Below are positions 1-11,229 of a DNA stretch of 64,000 nucleotides, one piece after another. The position numbers and the translations under genes were made by a program. Where the stretch lies: assembly GCA_022779845.1 (NCBI GenBank), contig JALEXT010000022.1, positions 3,270-67,269 of the forward strand. The letters are read 5' to 3'. Each line of letters begins with the position of its first letter. Within the stretch, counting starts at the first letter, position 1. The notes beneath the pieces are model-generated. The model saw nothing but the letters and a program-made list of their open reading frames with translations, ran no database searches and was not told the DNA's origin. Source of the DNA: Succinatimonas sp. GTDB taxonomy: Bacteria; Pseudomonadota; Gammaproteobacteria; Enterobacterales; Succinivibrionaceae.

Positions 1-239
1 AAGAGCTTGTTCACAACCGCATCGTCACGCAAACGGGCAAAAGCCAGACGACGATTGGCGACGGTATCTTCCTTAGCCAAAGTAATTAAAGGCTCAGCAA
101 AACGACGAAGTTCCTTGGCCTTAGGCAGAGTGGTCTTGATCACTTCGTAAGTAAAGAGAGCATTAGCAAGATTGCGATACAGCGCTGCACGGTGTGAAGC
201 GGTGCGGCCCAAATGACGGCCGGCTAAACGATGACGCAT
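1..239 (-). CDS. rplQ: 50S ribosomal protein L17 (3' end runs off the window)
   Basis: Manual translation from the ATG at 239 gives [28 protein letters not shown]...[31 protein letters not shown]; follows rpoA. Confidence 0.97.
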   Translation of the reverse strand, partial: MRHRLAGRHLGRTASHRAALYRNLANALFTYEVIKTTLPKAKELRRFAEPLITLAKEDTVANRRLAFARLRDDAVVNKL

Positions 240-268
240 TTCCTAATTCCTTCTGATTAACAGTTCTG

Positions 269-1258
269 TTATTTGGTCGACTTAAGTCCCGGAGGAGGCC
301 AATTAGCCACTCTCATACCGAGAGAAAGACCTCTTTGAGCAAGCACGTCTTTAATTTCTGTCAAAGACTTCTTACCCAAATTCGGAGTCTTAAGCAACTC
401 AACTTCGGTACGCTGCACCAAATCACCAATATAAATAATGGATTCAGCCTTAAGACAGTTGGCACTTCTAACCGTGAGCTCCAAATCGTCAACAGGTTGC
501 ATAAGCACCGGATCAGGAAGAGGAGGAGCCGAAGGAGCAAAACTCTGCTCGGCAACTTCTTCCTTGTCAACGATATTGGTGATCCCAGCCTTAAGCAGTT
601 CTGCTCCCTGCATAATGGCTTCATCAGGGGTGATACAACCGTTGGTCTCAATATCGATAACCAAACGGTCTAAATCAGTGCGCTGTTCGACACGCGCAGC
701 CTCAGTTCCGTAGACGAAACGACGCACGGGCGTGTAACTTGCGTCAATGAGAATATCACCTTCTTCAGAGACGGGAACATGCTCATCAGAGGATGCCAGA
801 ACATAACCACAACCTGAGGATATGCGCAAGCTTACAGAGGCGGAAGACTTATCATCCTTCAAAGTGCAAACGACAGCTTCAGGATCGACAAAACTAATAC
901 CTTCAGGGCACACAAAGTCGGCAGCGGTAAGTTTTCCAGCTCCCTTTTTCTCAGCTTTAACCCAGACAGGCTCGGTTACAGAAGTTTCAGATTTAACTGC
1001 AAGTTCCTTGCAGTTCATAATCACTTCAAAAATCGACTCGTCAAGGTCTGATTTGGAGTCAGTCTCGTCTCTTACTCCGTCGATACGAACGGCATCAACC
1101 GCAGTACCGGGAAAAGTCTTGAGAAGTACTCCGCTGAGAGCTGTACCAAGAGTATGACCGAAACCGCGCTCCAAAGGCTCAAGTACAACATGAGCTTTAT
1201 TCGGGCCGATTTCAGTGAAATCCACTGGCTTAGGTTTCAGCAGTTCACAAACAGACAC
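269..1258 (-). CDS. rpoA: RNA polymerase alpha subunit with a divergent N-terminal domain
   Basis: [22 protein letters not shown] and [21 protein letters not shown]...[11 protein letters not shown] motifs; lies between rpsD and rplQ; GTG start. Confidence 0.97.
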   Translation of the reverse strand: MSVCELLKPKPVDFTEIGPNKAHVVLEPLERGFGHTLGTALSGVLLKTFPGTAVDAVRIDGVRDETDSKSDLDESIFEVIMNCKELAVKSETSVTEPVWVKAEKKGAGKLTAADFVCPEGISFVDPEAVVCTLKDDKSSASVSLRISSGCGYVLASSDEHVPVSEEGDILIDASYTPVRRFVYGTEAARVEQRTDLDRLVIDIETNGCITPDEAIMQGAELLKAGITNIVDKEEVAEQSFAPSAPPLPDPVLMQPVDDLELTVRSANCLKAESIIYIGDLVQRTEVELLKTPNLGKKSLTEIKDVLAQRGLSLGMRVANWPPPGLKSTK

Positions 1259-1304
1259 TAGAAATTCCCCACTTATAAGTTAGGTGTTGGCACAGATGCC
1301 GTTA

Positions 1305-1934
1305 TTACTTCGAGTACAACTCGACGATGAGAGCTTCCTTGATGTCAGCAGGCAACTCGGCGCGCTCAGGTTTGCTCTTGAAAGTACCTTTCAGGTTATC
1401 CTGATCGACATCAATCCAAGTAGGTTTTAAGGCACGCTGACCGGCCAAATCGAGAGCTGATTTAATACGGCTCTGCTTCTTAGCCTTTTCGCGTACAGCG
1501 ATCACATCGTTGGGTTTTACTTCGTAAGAAGGAATGTTCACCACGCGGTCGTTTACAGTGATAGCTTTGTGGCTGACCAACTGACGAGCTTCCATACGGG
1601 TAGAACCGAAGCCCATACGGTAAACAACATTATCCAAACGGCCTTCGAGAAGCTGTAAAAGGTTCTCGCCGGTATTACCGGGCAAACGGGCAGCCTTCTT
1701 ATAGTAGTTACGGAACTGACGCTCAAGAACGCCGTAAATACGACGAACTTTCTGCTTCTCACGCAACTGCACACCGTAATCGGACAAACGAGGCTTGTTG
1801 GCACCGTGCTGACCAGGAACTACGGTCAGTCTGTCACGGCACTTGGTTTCAATTGCACGAACACCAGACTTAAGGAATAAGTCAACACCCTCGCGGCGGC
1901 TTAATTTCAGGGCTGAACCTGTATATTTTGCCAT
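1305..1934 (-). CDS. rpsD: 30S ribosomal protein S4
   Basis: [39 protein letters not shown]. Confidence 0.98.
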   Translation of the reverse strand: MAKYTGSALKLSRREGVDLFLKSGVRAIETKCRDRLTVVPGQHGANKPRLSDYGVQLREKQKVRRIYGVLERQFRNYYKKAARLPGNTGENLLQLLEGRLDNVVYRMGFGSTRMEARQLVSHKAITVNDRVVNIPSYEVKPNDVIAVREKAKKQSRIKSALDLAGQRALKPTWIDVDQDNLKGTFKSKPERAELPADIKEALIVELYSK

Positions 1935-1962
1935 TTATCTTTCTCCAGAAACTTGATTATGG

Positions 1963-2394
1963 TTAAACACGACGCTTTTTGGGCGGACGGCAACCGTTGT
2001 GAGGGATGGGGGTAACATCAGTGATGTTGGTGATCTTGTAACCGAGCGCATTAAGAGCACGGATAGAAGACTCACGTCCAGGACCAGGGCCCTTCACGAG
2101 AACTTCAAGGTTCTTTACACCGTATTCCTTGGCAGCTTCACCGGCACGCTCTGCAGCGACCTGTGCAGCATACGGAGTGGACTTACGTGAACCACGGAAT
2201 CCAGAACCACCGGCAGTAGCCCATGAAAGCACGTTGCCCTGACGGTCTGAAATGGAAACGATGGTATTGTTGAAAGATGCATGGATGTGTGCGACACCGT
2301 CTGCAATCTGTTTTTTGGAACGCTTACCGCGGCGGACTGCAGGAGCAGCTGCGGCGGGTGCCTGTGCGGCGGTCTCTTTGATTTCTTCAGCCAT
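1963..2394 (-). CDS. rpsK: 30S ribosomal protein S11
   Basis: [37 protein letters not shown]; Ala-rich N-terminal extension. Confidence 0.98.
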   Translation of the reverse strand: MAEEIKETAAQAPAAAAPAVRRGKRSKKQIADGVAHIHASFNNTIVSISDRQGNVLSWATAGGSGFRGSRKSTPYAAQVAAERAGEAAKEYGVKNLEVLVKGPGPGRESSIRALNALGYKITNITDVTPIPHNGCRPPKKRRV

Positions 2395-2406
2395 CTCGCT
2401 GTCTCC

Positions 2407-2763
2407 TTACTTCTTCACGCTCTTGCGCGGACCCTTACGGGTACGGGCGTTGGTCTTGGTACGCTGACCGCGGACAGGTAAGCCGCGACGGTGACGCAGA
2501 CCACGGTAAGTTCCGAGGTCAATGAGACGCTTGATGTTCATGGTGATCTCACGTCTTAAGTCGCCTTCTACGGTGTATTTGGCAACTTCAGCGCGGACCT
2601 TATCCACAGAAGCTTCGTCTAAATCTTTGAATTTGGAATTGGCTTCAATTCCGGCGGCGGCGAGAATATCGCGCGCACGGGTAGGGCCGATGCCGAAAAT
2701 CGACTGCAAAGCAATCGCGGCAATCTTATTATCAGGCACATTGATGCCAGCTATACGGGCCAC
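2407..2763 (-). CDS. rpsM: 30S ribosomal protein S13
   Basis: [36 protein letters not shown]; GTG start. Confidence 0.98.
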   Translation of the reverse strand: MARIAGINVPDNKIAAIALQSIFGIGPTRARDILAAAGIEANSKFKDLDEASVDKVRAEVAKYTVEGDLRREITMNIKRLIDLGTYRGLRHRRGLPVRGQRTKTNARTRKGPRKSVKK

Positions 2764-2840
2764 TATCGATCTCCTAAAAAGAAGGTAAATAAAAACACAG
2801 CTGCCGCAAAGCCCGTTCAGGATACACGACAGCCCACTTA
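2740..2840 (-). promoter_or_regulatory. alpha-operon translational operator (S4-binding pseudoknot, Alpha_RBS-like)
   Basis: Minus strand reads GTATCCTGAACGGGCTTT...AGGAG...GTGGCCCGTATAGC, matching the recalled E. coli alpha leader in which ACGGGC pairs with GCCCGT of rpsM; boundaries approximate. Confidence 0.75.
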
Positions 2841-2902
2841 TAGTGCCTATTTGGCAATGTCAGAAAAGGCACCGAACGTATGTTCAGTGCCGTAACTGTA
2901 TA

Positions 2903-2931
2903 ATTATATCTGAGTAATACCTTACGGTCAA
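2903..2931 (-). promoter_or_regulatory. sigma70 promoter of the alpha operon
   Basis: TTGACC-17 bp-TATAAT on the minus strand between rpmJ and rpsM. Confidence 0.85.
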
Positions 2932-2947
2932 CTCAAATAATCAAGCA

Positions 2948-3061
2948 TTAACCCTGACGCTGCTTGTGCTTAGGGTTAACACAAATAATGCGGACAACAC
3001 CGTGGCGACGAACAACTTTGCAGTTGCGGCACATCTTCTTAACGGAAGCACCAACTTTCAT
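2948..3061 (-). CDS. rpmJ: 50S ribosomal protein L36 (Zn-ribbon form)
   Basis: Not in ORF track; manual translation [37 protein letters not shown]. Confidence 0.97.
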   Translation of the reverse strand: MKVGASVKKMCRNCKVVRRHGVVRIICVNPKHKQRQG

Positions 3062-3084
3062 CTTGTATCTCCAAACTTTTAAAT

Positions 3085-4437
3085 CTAACGACCGTAATTT
3101 CTAAGGTTAGCTTTCTTCATTATATCGCCATACTGCTGATTCATCATATGACTCTGCAATTGAGCGACAAAATCCATCGTTACGACAACGATAATCAATA
3201 AAGACGTACCGCCGAAATAGAACTGTACATTAAACCAGTTCATCAGCAATTGCGGCACCAAGCAGACCAGAACCATGTAAATGGAACCCGAAAGGGTTAA
3301 TCTGGTCATAACCTTATCGATAAATCTGGCCGTCTGTTCACCCGGACGAATTCCCGGAATGAATGCACCACTCTTTTTCAGATTCTCCGAAACCTCTCTG
3401 GGATTAAAAATCAGAGCGGTATAGAAGAAAGTAAAGAACACTATGGCTGCTGCATAGAGCAACTCATAAAGCGGCTGACCCGGCTGAATGAAAAGTGAAA
3501 TCTCACTTAACACATTTGCAACGGGATTATCGCCCTGGCCGAACCAAGAGACAACAGTACCCGGGAACAAAATGATCGAAGACGCAAAAATTGCGGGGAT
3601 CACACCGGACATATTGATCTTCAAAGGAAGGTTGGAGCGCGGCTGTGAATAAATGCGGTTACCCATCTGACGCTTGGCATACTCAATTACGATTCTGCGC
3701 TGTCCGCGTTCGACGAATACCACAAAGAAAGTCACCAAAACGACCACGACACCGATTATCAGTAACGCGATAGTAGAGAGATCTCCCTGACGCGACTGTT
3801 CGAAAGTTCTGCCCAAAGCACTGGGCAAACCTGCGACAATACCGGCGAAGATAATGAGTGAAATACCGTTTCCGATACCTCTTTCAGTGATCTGTTCACC
3901 AAGCCACATCAGTAACATGGTGCCAGTCACCAAACTCATAGTCGTAACAAAATAAAAACCCAATCCCGGATTATCGACAAGTCCGGGAACCATATTCGGG
4001 ATACCGGTAGCAATACCCATACCCTGCAAAGCAGCCAGGAAGAGAGTCGAAATACGAGTATATTGAGTTATTTTGCGGCGGCCTGACTCGCCCTCCTTAC
4101 GGAGTTCAGCCAGGTTTTTATTGATCACAGCCAAAAGCTGGATGATAATTGCAGCCGAGATGTAAGGCATGATACCCAATGCCAGCACGGACGCTCTTGA
4201 AAGAGCACCGCCTGAGAACATATTGAACATGCCCAAAATGGTTCCGCTCTGCTCATCGAAAACGCGCTGCAGAACGTCGGCATTCACACCGGGAACTGGT
4301 ACGAACGACCCGAGTCTGAACAGCACCAGACCGATGAATACAAAGAACAGGCGCTGACGAATCTCTCCTTTGCCGGAGCTTTTTTCAGCTTTGTCCATTG
4401 CTTCGCGGCTTCTGTCAAATAGCGATTTTCTAGCCAT
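3085..4437 (-). CDS. secY: preprotein translocase subunit SecY
   Basis: [60 protein letters not shown]. Confidence 0.98.
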   Translation of the reverse strand: MARKSLFDRSREAMDKAEKSSGKGEIRQRLFFVFIGLVLFRLGSFVPVPGVNADVLQRVFDEQSGTILGMFNMFSGGALSRASVLALGIMPYISAAIIIQLLAVINKNLAELRKEGESGRRKITQYTRISTLFLAALQGMGIATGIPNMVPGLVDNPGLGFYFVTTMSLVTGTMLLMWLGEQITERGIGNGISLIIFAGIVAGLPSALGRTFEQSRQGDLSTIALLIIGVVVVLVTFFVVFVERGQRRIVIEYAKRQMGNRIYSQPRSNLPLKINMSGVIPAIFASSIILFPGTVVSWFGQGDNPVANVLSEISLFIQPGQPLYELLYAAAIVFFTFFYTALIFNPREVSENLKKSGAFIPGIRPGEQTARFIDKVMTRLTLSGSIYMVLVCLVPQLLMNWFNVQFYFGGTSLLIIVVVTMDFVAQLQSHMMNQQYGDIMKKANLRNYGR

Positions 4438-4478
4438 GAGAACCTCATATGAAGGGCGCCCTCTCGGGCGCCTTTAAA

Positions 4479-5063
4479 TTACTTGGCAGGCTTCTCGGTA
4501 CGGGCCTTCTTGGCAGGCTTCTTAATGCCTTCCTTCAGGACCTTATCGATACGAGCCTTAGCCTTAGCGGCGGTACGCTTCTTAGAAGCGCCCAAACGCT
4601 CGGCGGCAGCAGTGATGTAGTCGGCAATTTCAACCGACCCGCCGGCAGCCTCGATGGCAGCCTTAGCAGCAGCGGTAACGCCCAAGCCTTTAACGGTTAC
4701 TTTCTTATTGAAATCAGGAATACGGGAAAGAACAACTTTCACATATTTGATCTTCTTAGTAACCAAACGAGCTTTCTGCAAAGCCTCCAAATCGATCACA
4801 TCGCCTTCAACACGGTTGAGATCATTTAAAGTAACCGAAGCAGTCTCGGTAGCTTTCTTTGACCAGAAACCGAACTTAGGCAGACGGATCTTCATAGGCA
4901 TCTGACCGCCCTCAAAACCAGGACGCTTGTGAGCGCTCTTACGGGCGCCGGCGCCTTTGATACCGCGGCCGCAGGTTTTGCCGAGACCGGAGCCGATGCC
5001 ACGGCCAACACGTACGTGTTTACGGTGTGAACCCTCAGCAGGCTGTAAAGAATCAAGACGCAT
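4479..5063 (-). CDS. rplO: 50S ribosomal protein L15 with C-terminal extension
   Basis: [35 protein letters not shown]. Confidence 0.97.
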   Translation of the reverse strand: MRLDSLQPAEGSHRKHVRVGRGIGSGLGKTCGRGIKGAGARKSAHKRPGFEGGQMPMKIRLPKFGFWSKKATETASVTLNDLNRVEGDVIDLEALQKARLVTKKIKYVKVVLSRIPDFNKKVTVKGLGVTAAAKAAIEAAGGSVEIADYITAAAERLGASKKRTAAKAKARIDKVLKEGIKKPAKKARTEKPAK

Positions 5064-5066
5064 TGC

Positions 5067-5252
5067 TTACTCCTCGACCTTAACCATGTAGCTAACTTTG
5101 TTGATCATGCCGCGAACCGAAGGGGTATCCTCAAGTTCAACGGTATGATTGATACGACGCAGACCTAAACCGCGCATGGTTTCAATATGCTTAGGCAAAC
5201 GACCGATGGTGCTCTTGGTCTGAGTAACTTTGATGGTTTTTTTCTCAGCCAT
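5067..5252 (-). CDS. rpmD: 50S ribosomal protein L30
   Basis: [12 protein letters not shown]...[23 protein letters not shown]. Confidence 0.97.
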   Translation of the reverse strand: MAEKKTIKVTQTKSTIGRLPKHIETMRGLGLRRINHTVELEDTPSVRGMINKVSYMVKVEE

Positions 5253-5255
5253 TTT

Positions 5256-5762
5256 TTACTCCAGAATTTCTTTTACGGTAAGACCGCGCTTGGCAGCGAT
5301 GGTCTCAGGAGTACGCATGGAAGCAAGAGCTGCAACAGTAGCACGAACCACATTGATGGGGTTAGTGGAACCGTAAGCCTTAGCCAAAACGTTACGTACA
5401 CCGGCTACTTCGAGGACAGCACGCATAGCGCCGCCGGCAATAATACCGGTACCTTCAGCAGCAGGCTGCATGTAAACCATAGCGCCTGAATGCTCACCCT
5501 TAACAGCGTGGAACAAAGTTCCGTTGTTCAAGGTGATGTTATTGTTGACGTTACGTCTGGCCTGCTCAATGGCCTTCTGAATAGCGGCGGGAACTTCGCC
5601 GGCTTTGCCGTAACCGAAGCCTACCTTACCGTTGCCGTCACCGACCACGGTCAGAGCGGTGAACGAAAAAATACGACCACCCTTGACCACTTTGGCTACA
5701 CGGTTAACAGCAACCAATTTTTCCTGCAGCTCGCCTGCCTGGGATTCTTCTTTATGTTGCAT
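5256..5762 (-). CDS. rpsE: 30S ribosomal protein S5
   Basis: [27 protein letters not shown]; ATG at 5762 preferred over GTG at 5768 on AGGAG spacing. Confidence 0.97.
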   Translation of the reverse strand: MQHKEESQAGELQEKLVAVNRVAKVVKGGRIFSFTALTVVGDGNGKVGFGYGKAGEVPAAIQKAIEQARRNVNNNITLNNGTLFHAVKGEHSGAMVYMQPAAEGTGIIAGGAMRAVLEVAGVRNVLAKAYGSTNPINVVRATVAALASMRTPETIAAKRGLTVKEILE

Positions 5763-5773
5763 TTGCACAACTC

Positions 5774-6127
5774 CTAGAACTTAAGGCCGGCTTCGCGGGC
5801 TGCATCAGCTAAAGCTGCGACACGGCCGTGATACTGATAACCGGATCTATCAAAAGCCACGGTCTCTACGGAAGCAGCTTTGGCACGCTCGGCAACAGTC
5901 TTGCCGATAACCTTAGCAGCTTCAACGTTTCCGGTGTACTTAAGATCCTTTACAAGCTCTTTTTCAAGAGTGCTTGCAGTTGCCAAAACGCGATTATCAG
6001 CACTGATAATCTGTGCGTAAATGTGACGCGGAGTACGGGTAACGACCAGACGGGTCACACCCAGCTCATGCATCTTTGCGCGGGACTTGCCGGCACGGCG
6101 CAGACGAGCCTGTTTTTTCTCAAACAT
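5774..6127 (-). CDS. rplR: 50S ribosomal protein L18
   Basis: [32 protein letters not shown]. Confidence 0.97.
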   Translation of the reverse strand: MFEKKQARLRRAGKSRAKMHELGVTRLVVTRTPRHIYAQIISADNRVLATASTLEKELVKDLKYTGNVEAAKVIGKTVAERAKAASVETVAFDRSGYQYHGRVAALADAAREAGLKF

Positions 6128-6141
6128 GTTAACCCACCCTA

Positions 6142-6675
6142 TTATTTCTTCTTAGCTTCTTTGAGATGAATCACTTCGTCAGCATAACGGATCCCTTTTC
6201 CCTTATAGGGCTCAGGGTGACGGATCTCACGAAGATTTGCAGCGACCTGACCTAAAACAGCCTTGTCATATCCTTTGAGGATAATGTCAGTCTGAGTCGG
6301 GGTCTCGGCGGTAACACCTTCAGGAAGCTCATAGTTGACAGGATGCGAATAACCAACAACTAAATTGATGGTCTTGCCCTGAGCCTGAGCTCTGTAACCG
6401 ACGCCGACGAGCTTCAATGCTCTTTCAAAGCCTTTGTCAAGACCAGTTACATAGTTGTGAAGCAGAGCACGGGTGGTGCCGGACTGCATATTGGCTTCGG
6501 TTGAATCATCATTCACTGAAACCTTGATAGCATTATCAACAACGCTTACGGTCACGGACTTATGGGTATCGAGGCTCAGTTCACCCTTTTTGGATTTCAC
6601 GGTGACCTTCTGGCCGTCGATAACGACTTCGACACCCTGGGGGATAGGAATAATTTCCTTAGCGATACGAGACAT
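6142..6675 (-). CDS. rplF: 50S ribosomal protein L6
   Basis: [19 protein letters not shown]. Confidence 0.97.
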   Translation of the reverse strand: MSRIAKEIIPIPQGVEVVIDGQKVTVKSKKGELSLDTHKSVTVSVVDNAIKVSVNDDSTEANMQSGTTRALLHNYVTGLDKGFERALKLVGVGYRAQAQGKTINLVVGYSHPVNYELPEGVTAETPTQTDIILKGYDKAVLGQVAANLREIRHPEPYKGKGIRYADEVIHLKEAKKK

Positions 6676-6685
6676 GTCTCCTCCC

Positions 6686-7075
6686 TTATGCGACGTAGCA
6701 GATAACTTCGCCGCCTAAGCCGCCCTTACGTGCGGCGCGGTCAGTCATAATGCCTTGGGAAGTGGAAATCACGGCAATGCCCAAACCGTTCATGATACGG
6801 GGCAGATCGCGGCACTTCTTGTAAATACGAAGACCAGGACGTGAAACGCGCTGAATCAGCTCGACGACCGGCTTGCCTTCATAATACTTAAGACCGATTT
6901 CCAAAACTTTCTTGACATCGCCGACTTCCTGAACGGAGGCAATGTAGCCTTCTTTAACCAACAGATTGGCAATTGCCAGCTTCTGCTTGGAAGAAGGAAC
7001 GGTAACTGCAACTTTGCCAGCAGCCTGGCCGTTACGGATGCGGGTTAACAAATCCGCAATAGGATCTTGCATCAT
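6686..7075 (-). CDS. rpsH: 30S ribosomal protein S8
   Basis: [34 protein letters not shown]. Confidence 0.97.
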   Translation of the reverse strand: MMQDPIADLLTRIRNGQAAGKVAVTVPSSKQKLAIANLLVKEGYIASVQEVGDVKKVLEIGLKYYEGKPVVELIQRVSRPGLRIYKKCRDLPRIMNGLGIAVISTSQGIMTDRAARKGGLGGEVICYVA

Positions 7076-7090
7076 GTGTGTATTTCCTCT

Positions 7091-7396
7091 TTACCAGCTT
7101 GCCTTGTGCAGACCAGGGATTTCACCGCGCATCATGTGCTCACGCAGCTTGATGCGGGAAAGACCGAATTTGCGCAGATAACCGTGCGGACGACCGGTCT
7201 CGGAGCAGCGATTGCGCTGACGCGAAGGGCTGGAGTCACGCGGCAGTTTGGAAAGATCCATAACAGCCTGGAAGCGCTCTTCCTCGGTGGAGGACACACT
7301 TGAAATAATCTTTTTGAGCTCTGAACGCTTTGCGCGATATTTATCGGCAAGAGCTTTTCTCTTCAGATCTCTGTTTATCATTGAGGTTTTAGCCAT
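7091..7396 (-). CDS. rpsN: 30S ribosomal protein S14
   Basis: [33 protein letters not shown]. Confidence 0.97.
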   Translation of the reverse strand: MAKTSMINRDLKRKALADKYRAKRSELKKIISSVSSTEEERFQAVMDLSKLPRDSSPSRQRNRCSETGRPHGYLRKFGLSRIKLREHMMRGEIPGLHKASW

Positions 7397-7414
7397 AGGT
7401 TCTTCGTCCTCGAA

Positions 7415-7966
7415 TTATTTAGCGGCCTGAGTACGGAACGGGAAGTCAAAAGCCTTCAACAGAGCTCTGCCTTCTTCGTCGGTCTTGGCAGTGGTGGTTA
7501 TGGTGATATCAAGACCACGCACAGCGTCTACCTTGTCATAGTCGATCTCAGGGAAAATGATCTGCTCACGTACGCCCATGGAGTAATTTCCTCTGCCGTC
7601 AAAAGACTTGGCAGAAAGACCACGGAAATCGCGGATACGCGGAATAGCAATTACGATCAAACGCTCGAGGAACTCCCACATACGCTCGCCGCGCAGGGTG
7701 ACCTTGCAGCCGATAGGGTAGCCTTCACGAATCTGGAAGCCCGCTACGGACTTGCGAACCTTGGTGATTAAAGGCTTCTGGCCGGAGATAGCGGCCATAT
7801 CACGTGCTGCATTTTCAAGAATCTTCTTGTCAGTACGTGCTTCACCAACACCCATATTAAGGGTGATCTTCACAATCCGAGGGACTTGCATGACCGTCTT
7901 GTAACCAAACTGTTCGGTTAAGGCTTTGATTACTTCCTGCTTGTATAAATCATGCAGTTTCGCCAT
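7415..7966 (-). CDS. rplE: 50S ribosomal protein L5
   Basis: [29 protein letters not shown]. Confidence 0.98.
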   Translation of the reverse strand: MAKLHDLYKQEVIKALTEQFGYKTVMQVPRIVKITLNMGVGEARTDKKILENAARDMAAISGQKPLITKVRKSVAGFQIREGYPIGCKVTLRGERMWEFLERLIVIAIPRIRDFRGLSAKSFDGRGNYSMGVREQIIFPEIDYDKVDAVRGLDITITTTAKTDEEGRALLKAFDFPFRTQAAK

Positions 7967-7988
7967 CGTTATTCTCCTTTAAATTACC

Positions 7989-8318
7989 TTACTTGGCGCT
8001 GGAGGCAATGATTTTGCCGTTGGACTTGAAGAAACGAACTTTTTTGCCGTCTTCTTCGCGGAAGCCCACGCGGTCAGCTTTCTTGGAATCAGGGTTATAA
8101 ATTGCAACGTTTGAGACGTCAACGGGAGCCTCAATATTGACAATTCCGCCTTCCTGGCCAATGTTAGGGTTAGCTTTCTGGTGCTTCTTGTGGACATTGA
8201 TGCCCTCAACCAGCACTTTATGCTCCTTGGTAAGTACGCGGGTGACTTTGCCGGTCTTGCCCTTGTCCTTGCCAGTAATGACGATTACTTCGTCGTTGGT
8301 GCGAATTTTCGCTGCCAT
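7989..8318 (-). CDS. rplX: 50S ribosomal protein L24
   Basis: KOW motif [26 protein letters not shown]. Confidence 0.97.
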   Translation of the reverse strand: MAAKIRTNDEVIVITGKDKGKTGKVTRVLTKEHKVLVEGINVHKKHQKANPNIGQEGGIVNIEAPVDVSNVAIYNPDSKKADRVGFREEDGKKVRFFKSNGKIIASSAK

Positions 8319-8338
8319 GTTACTGATATCCTCTTAAA

Positions 8339-8707
8339 TTAGAGTACTTCAGGAGCCAAAGACACGATCTTCATGAACTGTTCGGTACGCAATTCGCGAG
8401 TAACAGGTCCGAAAATACGGGTGCCAATAGGCTCATGCTGTGCAGTCAAAAGAACTGCAGCGTTGCTATCAAAGCGGATGAGTGAACCGTCAGGACGGCG
8501 CACGCCTTTCTTAGTGCGTACTACGACTGCGTCAACAACATCGCCCTTCTTAACCTTGCCGCGAGGGATCGCATCTTTGACAGACACCTTAATGATGTCG
8601 CCAATGCCTGCGTAACGGCGGTGAGAGCCACCAAGGACCTTCACACACATTACAGCACGTGCGCCCGAGTTGTCGGCAACGTCAAGCATGCTTTGCATCT
8701 GGATCAT
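8339..8707 (-). CDS. rplN: 50S ribosomal protein L14
   Basis: [28 protein letters not shown]. Confidence 0.98.
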   Translation of the reverse strand: MIQMQSMLDVADNSGARAVMCVKVLGGSHRRYAGIGDIIKVSVKDAIPRGKVKKGDVVDAVVVRTKKGVRRPDGSLIRFDSNAAVLLTAQHEPIGTRIFGPVTRELRTEQFMKIVSLAPEVL

Positions 8708-8770
8708 TTCAAATGCTCCGGTTAAAGAAAAAATACAAACCTTCAGAATCTTTAAATCAGAAGGCGCTAC

Positions 8771-8799
8771 AAGATAACATAAATATAAAAAAACCGCAA
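8771..8799 (-). promoter_or_regulatory. probable spc operon promoter
   Basis: TTGCGG-17 bp-TATCTT with an extended -10 TG, upstream of rplN; the -35 overlaps the S10 terminator. Confidence 0.55.
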
Positions 8800-8818
8800 C
8801 GAAAAGCCGTTGCGGTTT
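8787..8818 (-). terminator. intrinsic terminator of the S10 operon
   Basis: Inverted repeat AAACCGCAACG/CGTTGCGGTTT with a T-run on the minus strand, downstream of rpsQ. Confidence 0.8.
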
Positions 8819-8856
8819 AATTTATTAATTCAAATTAATCCAAAATCAAGGATTAA

Positions 8857-9129
8857 TCAGGCCTGAGCCTTCTCGACAACCTTGCTCAATCTCCAGGAAA
8901 TAGTCTTGGAGACGGGACGACCCTCGCAGATCTCGACCAAATCGCCGACCTTGGCGACATTCTCAGGATCCGCCACGTGGAACTTGGTGGTACGGGTCAC
9001 GGTCTTGCCATACACAGGGTGCTGAACGCGGCGCTCAACGGCAACCACGCAGGCCTTCTGCATTTTGTCGGAAACAACGCGTCCGCGGAGGGAACGTGAA
9101 GCTTTGACGGCATTCTGTTCTTCAGACAT
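8857..9129 (-). CDS. rpsQ: 30S ribosomal protein S17
   Basis: [25 protein letters not shown]. Confidence 0.97.
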   Translation of the reverse strand: MSEEQNAVKASRSLRGRVVSDKMQKACVVAVERRVQHPVYGKTVTRTTKFHVADPENVAKVGDLVEICEGRPVSKTISWRLSKVVEKAQA

Positions 9130-9141
9130 TTATTCTTCCTC

Positions 9142-9339
9142 TCAGTTTGCGCTGTTTTGCTTTTGTGCAAGAATGGTCTTGACGCGGGCAATATCGCGGC
9201 GAACCTTTCTTACGTTGTCAGTCTGCTGCAACTGGGCAGTCTTGAGCTGAAAACGCAGATTGAACTGCTCGCGGTTGAGGTTGGCAAGCTCTGTCTTAAG
9301 CTCTTCAACCGACTTATTACGTAACTCGTTGCTCTGCAT
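9142..9339 (-). CDS. rpmC: 50S ribosomal protein L29
   Basis: [28 protein letters not shown]. Confidence 0.97.
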   Translation of the reverse strand: MQSNELRNKSVEELKTELANLNREQFNLRFQLKTAQLQQTDNVRKVRRDIARVKTILAQKQNSAN

Positions 9340-9752
9340 TAGATCACCTGCTTACGAACAAAAGTGGTAGTCACGGAAAGCTTTGCTGAGGCAAGGCGGA
9401 AAGCCTCACGAGCAACTTCCTCGGGAATACCGCCGATTTCAAAGAGAACACGGCCGGGCTGAATGGGAGCAACCCAATACTCGACGGTGCCCTTGCCTTT
9501 ACCCATACGAACACCGAGAGCTTTCTGAGTGATAGGCTTATCGGGGAACACACGGATCCAGACTTTACCAGCACGCTTCATCTCACGGGTGAAAGCGCGA
9601 CGGGCAGCTTCAATCTCACGAGAGGTGATCTGACCGCGGGAGGTGGCTTTCAAACCGAACTCACCGAAGTCAACCTTGGAACCTGCATAGCACAGACCCT
9701 CGTTGCGGCCCTTCTGAGTCTTACGATATTTAGTACGTTTCGGCTGTAACAT
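9339..9752 (-). CDS. rplP: 50S ribosomal protein L16
   Basis: [29 protein letters not shown]. Confidence 0.98.
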   Translation of the reverse strand: MLQPKRTKYRKTQKGRNEGLCYAGSKVDFGEFGLKATSRGQITSREIEAARRAFTREMKRAGKVWIRVFPDKPITQKALGVRMGKGKGTVEYWVAPIQPGRVLFEIGGIPEEVAREAFRLASAKLSVTTTFVRKQVI

Positions 9753-9765
9753 TTAAAATCCTCCG

Positions 9766-10578
9766 TTACTCAGCCTTTTCATCGGCTGGAGCGGCATCGG
9801 CCTTCTTGCCAGCGGCAGCTGCTTTATCGGCAGCCTGTCCGCGACGGCCACGGCCGTTACGGGCCTGATTGTCATCACGACGGTGTCTGCGTCCGGCAGG
9901 AGCAACAGAACCATTGCGATCGTCGGCCTCTTCCTGAGCCAAAGGCAATTCGCCTAAGATTTCGCCCTTGAAGATCCACACCTTGACACCGATCACACCG
10001 TAAGTGGTGACGGCTTCAGACACTGCATAATCAATGTCAGCACGCAGAGTGTGCAAAGGAACGCGACCTTCACGCAACCACTCAGTACGAGCGATTTCAG
10101 CTCCGCCCAAACGGCCGGAAACTTCAATTTTAACGCCCTTGGCACCAGCACGCATTGCGTTCTGAATGGCCTTCTTCATGGCACGACGGAACATGACACG
10201 ACGCTCAAGCTGTGAAGCGATGCTGTCGGCAACAATCTTGGAGTCGAGATCCGGTTTACGAATTTCGCTGATGTTGACCTGAGCAGGAACTCCGGCAATA
10301 TTGGCGATCTGTCTGCGCAACTTTTCAACATCTTCACCCTTACGGCCGATTACGATGCCGGGACGGGCGGTGCAGATGGTTACGCGAATGCTCTTTGCAG
10401 GGCGATCGATCACGATCTTGGACACAGAAGCATTCTTAAGTTCGCCGGTTAAAAACTTACGAACTTCGTTATCGCTTTTAACGTTGGCAGGGAAAACCTT
10501 GCTTGAAGCATACCAAGTTGAGATATAAGGCTTGGTGATGCCCAGACGGATCCCGTTAGGATTAATTTTCTGGCCCAT
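9766..10578 (-). CDS. rpsC: 30S ribosomal protein S3
   Basis: [39 protein letters not shown]. Confidence 0.98.
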   Translation of the reverse strand: MGQKINPNGIRLGITKPYISTWYASSKVFPANVKSDNEVRKFLTGELKNASVSKIVIDRPAKSIRVTICTARPGIVIGRKGEDVEKLRRQIANIAGVPAQVNISEIRKPDLDSKIVADSIASQLERRVMFRRAMKKAIQNAMRAGAKGVKIEVSGRLGGAEIARTEWLREGRVPLHTLRADIDYAVSEAVTTYGVIGVKVWIFKGEILGELPLAQEEADDRNGSVAPAGRRHRRDDNQARNGRGRRGQAADKAAAAGKKADAAPADEKAE

Positions 10579-10580
10579 TT

Positions 10581-10916
10581 TTACTCCTGATCCGCAACGT
10601 AAACGGTGATGTGAGAGGTACGCTTCACGATGCGATCGGCACGACCCTTGGCACGCGGCATAATGCGCTTGAGGGACGGCCCTTCATCAACCATGATCTT
10701 GGAGATCACGAGAGAATCGACATCCATGGAGTTGTTGTGTTCGGCGTTGGCAACAGCGGAGAGCACAACTTTACGAATCAGCGCAGCAGCCTTTCTGGGG
10801 CTGAACTTAAGCAGATCGAGAGCCTTCTGAACGGGAAGACCGCGAACCTGATCGGCAACCAGACGGGTCTTCTGTGCAGAAGAACGAGCGTAACGGTGAA
10901 CAGCTTTAACTTCCAT
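10581..10916 (-). CDS. rplV: 50S ribosomal protein L22
   Basis: [28 protein letters not shown]. Confidence 0.98.
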   Translation of the reverse strand: MEVKAVHRYARSSAQKTRLVADQVRGLPVQKALDLLKFSPRKAAALIRKVVLSAVANAEHNNSMDVDSLVISKIMVDEGPSLKRIMPRAKGRADRIVKRTSHITVYVADQE

Positions 10917-10927
10917 TGTGGTTACTC

Positions 10928-11209
10928 CTATTTACCGGCTTTCGCGTCAGCGGCGGCAGCGTGACCGTGGAAGGTACGGGTCGGAGCAAACTCACCGAGC
11001 TTATGGCCGATCATATCTTCGGTCACAAAAACGGGAACATGCTGACGGCCGTTGTGAACTGCAATGGTCATTCCGATCATGGTCGGAATGATGACGGAAC
11101 GGCGGGACCAGGTCTTGATGGGCTTCTTGTCGCCGGACTGCTGGCTCTGCTGAACCTTCTTCAGTAAGGACTCGTCAATGAAAGGTCCTTTCTTCAGAGA
11201 ACGTGGCAT
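10928..11209 (-). CDS. rpsS: 30S ribosomal protein S19
   Basis: [30 protein letters not shown]. Confidence 0.98.
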   Translation of the reverse strand: MPRSLKKGPFIDESLLKKVQQSQQSGDKKPIKTWSRRSVIIPTMIGMTIAVHNGRQHVPVFVTEDMIGHKLGEFAPTRTFHGHAAAADAKAGK

Positions 11210-11229
11210 TTTAAATCCTCGCTATACGA

